The notes below the pieces were generated by a model. The model did not search any database. It saw only the letters and a list, made by a program, of their open reading frames with translations, and was not told the origin of the DNA. Of a DNA stretch of 64,000 bases, positions 51,001-64,000 are shown in pieces. How positions within the stretch are numbered: position 1 is the stretch's first letter; the number at the start of each line of letters is the position of its first letter. Both the position numbers and the translations under genes were made by a program. The DNA comes from the human T2T-CHM13v2.0 reference genome, Homo sapiens, in the NCBI RefSeq assembly GCF_009914755.1, contig NC_060939.1; one strand, given 5' to 3'.

Positions 51001-54000
51001 CTGATCACCCAGGCGATATAACTCTTCTCTAGGATCTGACCACAGGGTGCTTTGTGACATATCCCTGCAATGATCACCCAGGTTATATACCACTTGCCAA
51101 GGCTCTGCCTACAGGGGCATTGCAATGTATCTCTGCACTGATCACCTAGGTCTTGTAGCTATTTTCTAGGATCTGCCTACAGGGTGCTTTGTGACGTGTC
51201 CCAGCAAGGATTACCCAGGTGATGTACCTCTCATCAAGGCTCTGCCTACAGGCACATTGTGATGTATCTCTGCACTGATCACCTAGGTCATGTAACTTTT
51301 TTCTAGGCTCTACCTACGATGGCATTGTGACATATCTCTGCACTAATCATCCAAGTGATGTAACTCTTGTCTAGGATGTGCCTAAATTAACTTTTTGACA
51401 TAACCCTGTACTGATCATCCAGGTGATGGAGCTTGTCTAGGCTCTGCCTAAGGCGGCATTGTGACATATGTCTGCATTGATCACCCAGGTGGCGAACTCT
51501 TCTCTCGGATCTGCCTATGGGGGCATTGTCAGAAATCTCTGCACTGATCACCCAGGTGATGTAACTGTTGTGTAACCTCTGCCTACAGGGGAATTGTGAG
51601 AGACCTCGTCAATGATTACCCAAGGGATGTAACCGTTGTCTAGGCTTTGCATACAGGGGGCTTTGTGACATACCTTTGCACTGATCACCCAGGTGATGTA
51701 ACACATCTAAGTTCGGCCTAAAGGAGCTTTGTGACATATCTCTGCACTGATCACTTAGGTGATGTAACACTTTTATAATCACTGCCTACAGGGAATTTTG
51801 ACAAATCTCTGCACTGATCATCTAGGTGATGTAACTCTTGTCTACCCTCTCTCCAACGGGGCATTTTGAAATATCTCTGCACTGATCACCCAGGTGATTC
51901 AACTCTTGACTAGGAACTGCCTACAGAGGTTATTGTGAAATATCTCTGCAATGATAAACTAGGTGGTGTAACCCTTGTCCAAGCTCTGCCTACTGGGGCG
52001 TTTCCACATATCCCTGAACTGATGACCGAGGTGATGTAACTCTTGCCTAGGCTTTGCCTACAGGGAACATTGGACATATATCTGCACTGATCACCCAGGT
52101 GATGCAACTCTTGCTTAGGCTTTGCCTACAGGGGACATTGTGACATATCTCTTCAATGATCAACCATGTGATGCATCTCTTGCCTAGGCTTTGCCTACAG
52201 GGGACATTGTGACATATCTCTGCACTGATCTCCCAGGTGCTTTAACTTTAGTCTAGGCTCTGGCTACACGGCATTGTGACATATCACTGCACTGATCAAC
52301 CAGGTGATATAACTCTTGTATAGGCTCTGCCTACAGGGGGATTGTGACCTACCTCTGCACTGATCACCCAGGTGATATAACTCTTCTCTAGGATCTTCCT
52401 ACAGTGTACTTTGTGACATATCCCTGCACTGATCACCCAGGTGATCTATCTCTGGTCTAAGCTCTGCCTAAAGGGGCATTGTGACAGATCTCTGCACTGA
52501 TCACTCAGGTGATGTAAGTATTGTCTAGGCTCTGCTTCAAGGGGCCTTGTCACATATCTCTGCACTGATCACCCAGGTGATGTAACTCTTGTCTAGGCTC
52601 TGCTTCCAGGGCATATTGTGACATATCTATGCACTGATCACCTTAGTGATGTAACACTTTGGAAGGCTCGGCCTACACGGGAATCTTGACATATATCTGC
52701 ACTGTTAACCGAGGTGATTTAACTCTTGTCTAGGCTGTGCCCACAGGGGGATTGAGACATATCTCTGCACTGATCCCGAGGTGATACAACTCTTGCCTGG
52801 TCTCTGCCTACTGTGGACATTGTGACATATCTCTGCACTGATCTCCCAGGTGCTGTAACTTTAGTCTAGGCTCTGGCTACACGGCATTGTGACATATCAC
52901 TGCACTGATCACCCAGGCGATATAACTCTTCTCTAGGATCTGACCACAGGGTGCTTTGTGACATCTCCCTGCAATGATCACCCAGGTGATATACCACTTG
53001 CCAAGGCTCTGCCTACAGGGGCATTGCAATGTATCTCTGCACTGATCACCTAGGTCTTGTAGCTATTTTCTAGGATCTGCCTACAGGGTGCTTTGTGACG
53101 TGTCCCAGCAAGGATTACCCAGGTGATGTACCTCTCATCAAGGCTCTGCCTACAGGCACATTGTGATGTATCTCTGCACTGATCACCTAGGTCATGTAAC
53201 TTTTTTCTAGGCTCTACCTACGATGGCATTGTGACATATCTCTGCACTAATCATCCAAGTGATGTAACTCTTGTCTAGGATGTGCCTAAATTAACTTTTT
53301 GACATAACCCTGTACTGATCATCCAGGTGATGGAGCTTTTGTCTAGGCTCTGCCTAAGGGGACATTGTGACATATTTCTGCATTGATCACCCAGGTGGCG
53401 AACTCTTCTCTCGGATCTGCCTATGGGGGCATTGTGAGAAATCTCTGCACTGATCACCCAGGTGATGTAACTGTTGTGTAACCTCTGCCTACAGGGGAAT
53501 TGTGAGAGATCTCGTCACTGATTACCCAAGGGATGTAACTGTTGTCTAGGCTTTGCATACAGGGGGCTTTGTGACATACCTTTGCACTGATCACCCAGGT
53601 GATGTAACACATCTAAGTTCGGCCTAAAGGAGCTTTGTGACATACCTCTGCACTGATCACTTAGGTGATGTAACACTTTTATAATCACTGCCTACAGGGA
53701 ATTTTGACAAATGTCTGCACTGATCACCTAGGTGATGTAACTCTTGTCTACCCTCTGTCCAACGGGGTATTGTGAAATATCTCTGCACTGATCACCCAGG
53801 TGATTCAACTCTTGACTAGGAACTGGCTACAATGGTTATTGTGAAATATCTCTGCACTGATAAACTAGATGGTGTAACCCTTGTCCAAGCTCTGCCTACA
53901 GGGGCGTTTCCACATATCCCTGAACTTATGACAGAGGTGATGTAACTCTTGCCTAGGCTTTGCCTACAGGGAACATTGGACATATATCTGCACTGATCAC

Positions 54001-57000
54001 CCAGGTGATGCAACTCTTGCCTAGGCTTTGCCTACAGGGGACATTGTGACATATTTCTTCAATGATCACTCATGTGATGCATCTCTTGCCTAGGATTTGC
54101 CTACAGGGGACATTGTGACATATCTCTGCACTGATCTCCCAGGTGCTGTAACTTTAGTCTAGGCTCTGGCTACACGACATTGTGACATATCACTGCACTG
54201 ATTAACCAGGTGATATAACTCTTGTATAGGCTCTGCCTACAGGGGGATTGTGACCTACCTCTGCACTGATCACCCGGGTGATATAACTCTTCTCTAGGAT
54301 CTTCCTACAGGGTACTTTGTGACATATCCCTGCACTGATCACCCAGGTGATCTGTTTCTGGTCTAAGCTCTGCCTAAAGGGGCATTGTGACAGATCTCTG
54401 CACTGATCACTCAGGTGATGTAAGTATTGTCTAGGCTCTGCTTCAAGGGGCCTTGTCACATATCTCTGCACTGATCACCCAGGTGATGTAACTCTTGTCT
54501 AGGCTCTGCTTCCAGGGCATATTGTGACATATCTATGCACTGATCACCTTAGTGATGTAACACTTTGGTAGGCTCGGCCTACAGGGGAATGTTGACATAT
54601 CTCTGCACTGTTAACCGAGGTGATTTAACTCTTGTCTAGGCTGTGCCCACAGGGGGATTGAGACATATCTCTGCACTGATCGCGAGGTGATACAACTCTT
54701 GCCTGGTCTCTGCCTACTGTGGACATTGGGACATATCTCTGCACTGATCTCCCAGGTGCTGTAACTTTAGTCTAGGCTCTGGCTACACGGCATTGTGACA
54801 TATCACTGCACTGATCACCCAGGCGATATAACTCTTCTCTAGGATCTGACCACAGGGTGCTTTGTGACATATCCCTGTAATGATCACCCAGGTGATATAC
54901 CACTTGCCAAGGCTCTGCCTACAGGGGCATTGCAATGTATCTCTGCACTGATCAGCTAGGTCTTGTAGCTATTTTCTAGGATCTGCCTACAGGGTGCTTT
55001 GTGACGTGTCCCAGCAAGGATTACCCAGGTGATGTACCTCTCATCAAGGCTCTGCCTACAGGCACATTGTGATGTATCTCTGCACTGATCACCTAGGTCA
55101 TGTAACTTTTTTCTAGGCTCTACCTACGATGGCATTGTGACATATCTCTGCACTAATCATCCAAGTGATGTAACTCTTGTCTAGGATGTGCCTAAATTAA
55201 CTTTTTGACATAACCCTGTACTGATCATCCAGGTGATGGAGCTTTTGTCTAGGCTCTGCCTAAGGGGGCATTGTGACATATGTCTGCATTGATCACCCAG
55301 GTGGCGAACTCTTCTCTCGGATCTGCCTATGGGGGCATTGTCAGAAATCTCTGCACTGATCACCCAGGTGATGTAACTGTTGTGTAACCTCTGCCTACAG
55401 GGGAATTGTGAGAGATCTCGTCAATGATTACCCAAGGGATGTAACCGTTGTCTAGGCTTTGCATACAGGGGGCTTTGTGACATACCTTTGCACTGATCAC
55501 CCAGGTGATGTAACACATCTAAGTTCGGCCTAAAGGAGCTTTGTGACATAAATCTGCACTGATCACTTAGGTGATGTAACACTTTTATAATCACTGCCTA
55601 CAGGGAATTTTGACAAATCTCTGCACTGATCATCTAGGTGATGTAACTCTTGTCTACCCTCTCTCCAACGGGGCATTGTGAAATATCTCTGCACTGATCA
55701 CCCAGGTGATTCAACTCTTGACTAGGAACTGCCTACAGAGGTTATTGTGAAATATCTCTGCACTGATAAACTAGGTGGTGTAAACCTTGTCCAAGCTCTG
55801 CCTACTGAGGCGTTTCCACATATCCCTGAACTGATGACCGAGGTGATGTAACTCTTGCCTAGGCTTTGCCTACAGGGAACATTGGACATATATCTGCACT
55901 GATCACCCAGGTGATGCAACTCTTGCCTAGGCTTTGCCTACAGGGGACATTGTGACATATCTCTTCAATGATCAATCATGTGATGCATCTCTTGCCTAGG
56001 CTTTGCCTACAGGGGACATTGTGACATATCTCTGCACTGATCTCCCAGGTGCTTTAACTTTAGTCTAGGCTCTGGCTACACGGCATTGTGACATATCACT
56101 GCACTGATCAACTAGGTGATATAACTCTTGTATAGGCTCTGCCTACCGGGGGATTGTGACCTACCTCTGCACTGATCACCCAGGTGATATAACTCTTCTC
56201 TAGGATCTGCCTACAGGGTACTTTGTGACATATCCCTGCACTGATCACCCAGGTGATCTATCTCTGGTCTAAGCTCTGCCTAAAGGGGCATTGTGACAGA
56301 TCTCTGCACTGATCACTCAGGTGATGTAAGTATTGTCTAGGCTCTGCTTCAAGGGGCCTTGTCACATATCTCTGCACTGATCACCCAGGTGATGTAACTC
56401 TTGTCTAGGCTCTGCTTCCAGGGCATATTGTGACATATCTATGCACTGATCACCTTAGTGATGTAACACTTTGGAAGGCTCGGCCTACACGGGAATCTTG
56501 ACATATATCTGCACTGTTAACCGAGGTGATTTAACTCTTGTCTAGGCTGTGCCCACAGGGGGATTGAGACATATCTCTGCACTGATCCCGAGGTGATACA
56601 ACTCTTGCCTGGTCTCTGCCTACTGTGGACATTGTGACATATCTCTGCACTGATCTCCCAGGTGCTGTAACTTTAGTCTAGGCTCTGGCTACACGGCATT
56701 GTGACATATCACTGCACTGATCACCCAGGCGATATAACTCTTCTCTAGGATCTGACCACAGGGTGCTTTGTGACATATCCCTGCAATGATCACCCAGGTG
56801 ATATACCACTTGCCAAGGCTCTGCCTACAGGGGCATTGCAATGTATCTCTGCACTGATCACCTAGGTCTTGTAGCTATTTTCTAGGATCTGCCTACAGGG
56901 TGCTTTGTGACGTGTCCCAGCAAGGATTACCCAGGTGATGTACCTCTCATCAAGGCTCTGCCTACAGGCACATTGTGATGTATCTCTGCACTGATCACCT

Positions 57001-60000
57001 AGGTCATGTAACTTTTTTCTAGGCTCTACCTACGATGGCATTGTGACATATCTCTGCACTAATCATCCAAGTGATGTAACTCTTGTCTAGGATGTGCCTA
57101 AATTAACTTTTTGACATAACCCTGTACTGATCATCCAGGTGATGGAGCTTTTGTCTAGGCTCTGCCTAAGGGGACATTGTGACATATTTCTGCATTGATC
57201 ACCCAGGTGGCGAACTCTTCTCTCGGATCTGCCTATGGGGGCATTGTGAGAAATCTCTGCACTGATCACCCAGGTGATGTAACTGTTGTGTAACCTCTGC
57301 CTACAGGGGAATTGTGAGAGATCTCGTCACTGATTACCCAAGGGATGTAACTGTTGTCTAGGCTTTGCATACAGGGGGCTTTGTGACATACCTTTGCACT
57401 GATCACCCAGGTGATGTAACACATCTAAGTTCGGCCTAAAGGAGCTTTGTGACATACCTCTGCACTGATCACTTAGGTGATGTAACACTTTTATAATCAC
57501 TGCCTACAGGGAATTTTGACAAATGTCTGCACTGATCACCTAGGTGATGTAACTCTTGTCTACCCTCTGTCCAACGGGGTATTGTGAAATATCTCTGCAC
57601 TGATCACCCAGGTGATTCAACTCTTGACTAGGAACTGGCTACAATGGTTATTGTGAAATATCTCTGCACTGATAAACTAGATGGTGTAACCCTTGTCCAA
57701 GCTCTGCCTACAGGGGCGTTTCCACATATCCCTGAACTTATGACAGAGGTGATGTAACTCTTGCCTAGGCTTTGCCTACAGGGAACATTGGACATATATC
57801 TGCACTGATCACCCAGGTGATGCAACTCTTGCCTAGGCTTTGCCTACAGGGGACATTGTGACATATTTCTTCAATGATCACTCATGTGATGCATCTCTTG
57901 CCTAGGATTTGCCTACAGGGGACATTGTGACATATCTCTGCACTGATCTCCCAGGTGCTGTAACTTTAGTCTAGGCTCTGGCTACACGACATTGTGACAT
58001 ATCACTGCACTGATTAACCAGGTGATATAACTCTTGTATAGGCTCTGCCTACAGGGGGATTGTGACCTACCTCTGCACTGATCACCCGGGTGATATAACT
58101 CTTCTCTAGGATCTTCCTACAGGGTACTTTGTGACATATCCCTGCACTGATCACCCAGGTGATCTGTTTCTGGTCTAAGCTCTGCCTAAAGGGGCATTGT
58201 GACAGATCTCTGCACTGATCACTCAGGTGATGTAAGTATTGTCTAGGCTCTGCTTCAAGGGGCCTTGTCACATATCTCTGCACTGATCACCCAGGTGATG
58301 TAACTCTTGTCTAGGCTCTGCTTCCAGGGCATATTGTGACATATCTATGCACTGATCACCTTAGTGATGTAACACTTTGGTAGGCTCGGCCTACAGGGGA
58401 ATGTTGACATATCTCTGCACTGTTAACCGAGGTGATTTAACTCTTGTCTAGGCTGTGCCCACAGGGGGATTGAGACATATCTCTGCACTGATCGCGAGGT
58501 GATACAACTCTTGCCTGGTCTCTGCCTACTGTGGACATTGGGACATATCTCTGCACTGATCTCCCAGGTGCTGTAACTTTAGTCTAGGCTCTGGCTACAC
58601 GGCATTGTGACATATCACTGCACTGATCACCCAGGCGATATAACTCTTCTCTAGGATCTGACCACAGGGTGCTTTGTGACATATCCCTGTAATGATCACC
58701 CAGGTGATATACCACTTGCCAAGGCTCTGCCTACAGGGGCATTGCAATGTATCTCTGCACTGATCAGCTAGGTCTTGTAGCTATTTTCTAGGATCTGCCT
58801 ACAGGGTGCTTTGTGACGTGTCCCAGCAAGGATTACCCAGGTGATGTACCTCTCATCAAGGCTCTGCCTACAGGCACATTGTGATGTATCTCTGCACTGA
58901 TCACCTAGGTCATGTAACTTTTTTCTAGGCTCTACCTACGATGGCATTGTGACATATCTCTGCACTAATCATCCAAGTGATGTAACTCTTGTCTAGGATG
59001 TGCCTAAATTAACTTTTTGACATAACCCTGTACTGATCATCCAGGTGATGGAGCTTTTGTCTAGGCTCTGCCTAAGGGGGCATTGTGACATATGTCTGCA
59101 TTGATCACCCAGGTGGCGAACTCTTCTCTCGGATCTGCCTATGGGGGCATTGTCAGAAATCTCTGCACTGATCACCCAGGTGATGTAACTGTTGTGTAAC
59201 CTCTGCCTACAGGGGAATTGTGAGAGATCTCGTCAATGATTACCCAAGGGATGTAACCGTTGTCTAGGCTTTGCATACAGGGGGCTTTGTGACATACCTT
59301 TGCACTGATCACCCAGGTGATGTAACACATCTAAGTTCGGCCTAAAGGAGCTTTGTGACATAAATCTGCACTGATCACTTAGGTGATGTAACACTTTTAT
59401 AATCACTGCCTACAGGGAATTTTGACAAATCTCTGCACTGATCATCTAGGTGATGTAACTCTTGTCTACCCTCTCTCCAACGGGGCATTGTGAAATATCT
59501 CTGCACTGATCACCCAGGTGATTCAACTCTTGACTAGGAACTGCCTACAGAGGTTATTGTGAAATATCTCTGCACTGATAAACTAGGTGGTGTAAACCTT
59601 GTCCAAGCTCTGCCTACTGAGGCGTTTCCACATATCCCTGAACTGATGACCGAGGTGATGTAACTCTTGCCTAGGCTTTGCCTACAGGGAACATTGGACA
59701 TATATCTGCACTGATCACCCAGGTGATGCAACTCTTGCCTAGGCTTTGCCTACAGGGGACATTGTGACATATCTCTTCAATGATCAATCATGTGATGCAT
59801 CTCTTGCCTAGGCTTTGCCTACAGGGGACATTGTGACATATCTCTGCACTGATCTCCCAGGTGCTTTAACTTTAGTCTAGGCTCTGGCTACACGGCATTG
59901 TGACATATCACTGCACTGATCAACTAGGTGATATAACTCTTGTATAGGCTCTGCCTACCGGGGGATTGTGACCTACCTCTGCACTGATCACCCAGGTGAT

Positions 60001-63000
60001 ATAACTCTTCTCTAGGATCTGCCTACAGGGTACTTTGTGACATATCCCTGCACTGATCACCCAGGTGATCTATCTCTGGTCTAAGCTCTGCCTAAAGGGG
60101 CATTGTGACAGATCTCTGCACTGATCACTCAGGTGATGTAAGTATTGTCTAGGCTCTGCTTCAAGGGGCCTTGTCACATATCTCTGCACTGATCACCCAG
60201 GTGATGTAACTCTTGTCTAGGCTCTGCTTCCAGGGCATATTGTGACATATCTATGCACTGATCACCTTAGTGATGTAACACTTTGGAAGGCTCGGCCTAC
60301 ACGGGAATCTTGACATATATCTGCACTGTTAACCGAGGTGATTTAACTCTTGTCTAGGCTGTGCCCACAGGGGGATTGAGACATATCTCTGCACTGATCC
60401 CGAGGTGATCCAACTCTTGCCTGGTCTCTGCCTACTGTGGACATTGTGACATATCTCTGCACTGATCTCCCAGGTGCTGTAACTTTAGTCTAGGCTCTGG
60501 CTACACGGCATTGTGACATATCACTGCACTGATCACCCAGGCGATATAACTCTTCTCTAGGATCTGACCACAGGGTGCTTTGTGACATATCCCTGCAATG
60601 ATCACCCAGGTGATATACCACTTGCCAAGGCTCTGCCTACAGGGGCATTGCAATGTATCTCTGCACTGATCACCTAGGTCTTGTAGCTATTTTCTAGGAT
60701 CTGCCTACAGGGTGCTTTGTGACGTGTCCCAGCAAGGATTACCCAGGTGATGTACCTCTCATCAAGGCTCTGCCTACAGGCACATTGTGATGTATCTCTG
60801 CACTGATCACCTAGGTCATGTAACTTTTTTCTAGGCTCTACCTACGATGGCATTGTGACATATCTCTGCACTAATCATCCAAGTGATGTAACTCTTGTCT
60901 AGGATGTGCCTAAATTAACTTTTTGACATAACCCTGTACTGATCATCCAGGTGATGGAGCTTTTGTCTAGGCTCTGCCTAAGGGGACATTGTGACATATT
61001 TCTGCATTGATCACCCAGGTGGCGAACTCTTCTCTCGGATCTGCCTATGGGGGCATTGTGAGAAATCTCTGCACTGATCACCCAGGTGATGTAACTGTTG
61101 TGTAACCTCTGCCTACAGGGGAATTGTGAGAGATCTCGTCACTGATTACCCAAGGGATGTAACTGTTGTCTAGGCTTTGCATACAGGGGGCTTTGTGACA
61201 TACCTTTGCACTGATCACCCAGGTGATGTAACACATCTAAGTTCGGCCTAAAGGAGCTTTGTGACATACCTCTGCACTGATCACTTAGGTGATGTAACAC
61301 TTTTATAATCACTGCCTACAGGGAATTTTGACAAATGTCTGCACTGATCACCTAGGTGATGTAACTCTTGTCTACCCTCTGTCCAACGGGGTATTGTGAA
61401 ATATCTCTGCACTGATCACCCAGGTGATTCAACTCTTGACTAGGAACTGGCTACAATGGTTATTGTGAAATATCTCTGCACTGATAAACTAGATGGTGTA
61501 ACCCTTGTCCAAGCTCTGCCTACAGGGGCGTTTCCACATATCCCTGAACTTATGACAGAGGTGATGTAACTCTTGCCTAGGCTTTGCCTACAGGGAACAT
61601 TGGACATATATCTGCACTGATCACCCAGGTGATGCAACTCTTGCCTAGGCTTTGCCTACAGGGGACATTGTGACATATTTCTTCAATGATCACTCATGTG
61701 ATGCATCTCTTGCCTAGGATTTGCCTACAGGGGACATTGTGACATATCTCTGCACTGATCTCCCAGGTGCTGTAACTTTAGTCTAGGCTCTGGCTACACG
61801 ACATTGTGACATATCACTGCACTGATTAACCAGGTGATATAACTCTTGTATAGGCTCTGCCTACAGGGGGATTGTGACCTACCTCTGCACTGATCACCCG
61901 GGTGATATAACTCTTCTCTAGGATCTTCCTACAGGGTACTTTGTGACATATCCCTGCACTGATCACCCAGGTGATCTGTTTCTGGTCTAAGCTCTGCCTA
62001 AAGGGGCATTGTGACAGATCTCTGCACTGATCACTCAGGTGATGTAAGTATTGTCTAGGCTCTGCTTCAAGGGGCCTTGTCACATATCTCTGCACTGATC
62101 ACCCAGGTGATGTAACTCTTGTCTAGGCTCTGCTTCCAGGGCATATTGTGACATATCTATGCACTGATCACCTTAGTGATGTAACACTTTGGTAGGCTCG
62201 GCCTACAGGGGAATGTTGACATATCTCTGCACTGTTAACCGAGGTGATTTAACTCTTGTCTAGGCTGTGCCCACAGGGGGATTGAGACATATCTCTGCAC
62301 TGATCAGGAGGTGATACAACTCTTGCCTGGTCTCTGCCTACTGTGGACATTGGGACATATCTCTGCACTGATCTCCCAGGTGCTGTAACTTTAGTCTAGG
62401 CTCTGGCTACACGGCATTGTGACATATCACTGCACTGATCACCCAGGCGATATAACTCTTCTCTAGGATCTGACCACAGGGTGCTTTGTGACATATCCCT
62501 GTAATGATCACCCAGGTGATATACCACTTGCCAAGGCTCTGCCTACAGGGGCATTGCAATGTATCTCTGCACTGATCAGCTAGGTCTTGTAGCTATTTTC
62601 TAGGATCTGCCTACAGGGTGCTTTGTGACGTGTCCCAGCAAGGATTACCCAGGTGATGTACCTCTCATCAAGGCTCTGCCTACAGGCACATTGTGATGTA
62701 TCTCTGCACTGATCACCTAGGTCATGTAACTTTTTTCTAGGCTCTACCTACGATGGCATTGTGACATATCTCTGCACTAATCATCCAAGTGATGTAACTC
62801 TTGTCTAGGATGTGCCTAAATTAACTTTTTGACATAACCCTGTACTGATCATCCAGGTGATGGAGCTTTTGTCTAGGCTCTGCCTAAGGGGGCATTGTGA
62901 CATATGTCTGCATTGATCACCCAGGTGGCGAACTCTTCTCTCGGATCTGCCTATGGGGGCATTGTCAGAAATCTCTGCACTGATCACCCAGGTGATGTAA

Positions 63001-64000
63001 CTGTTGTGTAACCTCTGCCTACAGGGGAATTGTGAGAGATCTCGTCAATGATTACCCAAGGGATGTAACGGTTGTCTAGGCTTTGCATACAGGGGGCTTT
63101 GTGACATACCTTTGCACTGATCACCCAGGTGATGTAACACATCTAAGTTCGGCCTAAAGGAGCTTTGTGACATAAATCTGCACTGATCACTTAGGTGATG
63201 TAACACTTTTATAATCACTGCCTACAGGGAATTTTGACAAATCTCTGCACTGATCATCTAGGTGAGGTAACTCTTGTCTACCCTCTCTCCAACGGGGCAT
63301 TGTGAAATATCTCTGCACTGATCACCCAGGTGATTCAACTCTTGACTAGGAACTGCCTACAGAGGTTATTGTGAAATATCTCTGCACTGATAAACTAGGT
63401 GGTGTAAACCTTGTCCAAGCTCTGCCTACTGAGGCGTTTCCACATATCCCTGAACTGATGACCGAGGTGATGTAACTCTTGCCTAGGCTTTGCCTACAGG
63501 GAACATTGGACATATATCTGCACTGATCACCCAGGTGATGCAACTCTTGCCTAGGCTTTGCCTACAGGGGACATTGTGACATATCTCTTCAATGATCAAT
63601 CATGTGATGCATCTCTTGCCTAGGCTTTGCCTACAGGGGACATTGTGACATATCTCTGCACTGATCTCCCAGGTGCTTTAACTTTAGTCTAGGCTCTGGC
63701 TCCACGGCATTGTGACATATCACTGCACTGATCAACTAGGTGATATAACTCTTGTATAGGCTCTGCCTACCGGGGGATTGTGACCTACCTCTGCACTGAT
63801 CACCCAGGTGATATAACTCTTCTCTAGGATCTGCCTACAGGGTACTTTGTGACATATCCCTGCACTGATCACCCAGGTGATCTAACTCTGGTCTAAGCTC
63901 TGCCTAAAGGGGCATTGTGACAGATCTCTGCACTGATCACTCTGGTGATGTAAGTATTGTCTAGGCTCTGCTTCAAGGGGCCTTGTCACATATCTCTGCA
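48074..64000 (+). repeat. Eight full-length 28-mer HOR copies plus a partial ninth
   Basis: HOR starts at 48074, 49980, 51884, 53790, 55696, 57602, 59508, 61414 and 63320. One copy is 1904 bp because of a 2-bp deletion at ~51433 (GAGCTTGTCTAG). Confidence 0.9.
52500..63880 (+). repeat. Super-HOR: near-identical C/D HOR dimer repeated about 3 times, period 3812 bp
   Basis: C copies (53790, 57602, 61414) carry GGCTACAATGG, GATCTGTTTCTGG and GATCAGCTAGG. D copies (55696, 59508, 63320) carry CTACTGAGGCG and GATCAACTAGG. ORFs at 54202/58014/61826, 55181/58993/62805 and 53275/57087/60899 translate identically. Confidence 0.9.

Larger units (their letters stand above)
1..64000 (+). repeat. Beta satellite (68-bp Sau3A / BSR) tandem array, single orientation, running off both window ends
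   Basis: A 66-69 bp monomer GATCACCCAGGTGATGTAACTCTTGTCTAGGCTCTGCCTACAGGGGCATTGTGACATATCTCTGCACT repeats head-to-tail throughout, with GATC (Sau3AI) at most monomer starts. It matches the primate beta satellite consensus as I recall it; no database search was run. Confidence 0.96.

Noticed and set aside
20395-51436. Singleton 1-2 bp indels (~20400, ~23268, ~31306, ~40258, ~51433)
   Set aside because: Most sit in short homopolymers and cannot be told apart from consensus errors without reads.
318-63543. Dozens of 60-137 aa minus-strand ORFs rich in Cys/His (MHHLGDQCR..., MISAEISHNAP..., MCYITWVISA...)
   Set aside because: They are translations of the satellite that recur at HOR spacing and appear or vanish with single substitutions. 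They show no C2H2 spacing or recognisable domain. The minus-strand bias reflects the many TGA/TAA/TAG triplets in the plus-strand monomer.
1-64000. CRISPR-like look: a conserved, partly palindromic core alternating with variable segments at ~68-bp period
   Set aside because: The apparent spacers are homologous to each other and recur every 1906 bp. There is no leader or cas gene, and the sequence matches eukaryotic beta satellite.
1-64000. Alpha satellite or CENP-B box centromeric array
   Set aside because: The monomer is ~68 bp rather than 171 bp, and I saw no CENP-B box motif.
1-64000. Embedded Alu/L1, D4Z4/DUX4-like or LSau sequence, rDNA, or inversions
   Set aside because: All spacings between HOR starts are explained by monomer gains or losses and 1-2 bp indels. 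I saw no foreign or reverse-orientation sequence.
1-64000. Assignment to a specific species or chromosome (e.g. a human acrocentric short arm)
   Set aside because: Plausible from the known beta satellite distribution, but it cannot be established without aligning to T2T assemblies.

Overview
The whole 64 kb window is one uninterrupted, single-orientation array of primate beta satellite (68-bp Sau3A/BSR family; consensus approx. GATCACCCAGGTGATGTAACTCTTGTCTAGGCTCTGCCTACAGGGGCATTGTGACATATCTCTGCACT). Monomers of 66-69 bp form a 28-monomer higher-order repeat (HOR) of 1906 bp. Taking the GATC at 292 as an arbitrary start (monomer m1), I count 34 HOR starts, giving 33 complete copies plus partial ends. 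I found no credible genes, RNA genes, transposon insertions, inversions or CRISPR arrays; all listed ORFs are by-products of the repeat. I see no new gene-based biological system. The interest lies in the layered architecture: super-HORs of 2 HORs (3812 bp) and 3 HORs (5718 bp), two kinds of 27-mer deletion variant, and one 35-mer whose breakpoints fall in identical internal monomer pairs. Variant haplotypes also recur tens of kb apart. All coordinates and variants were read by eye and need confirming by alignment.
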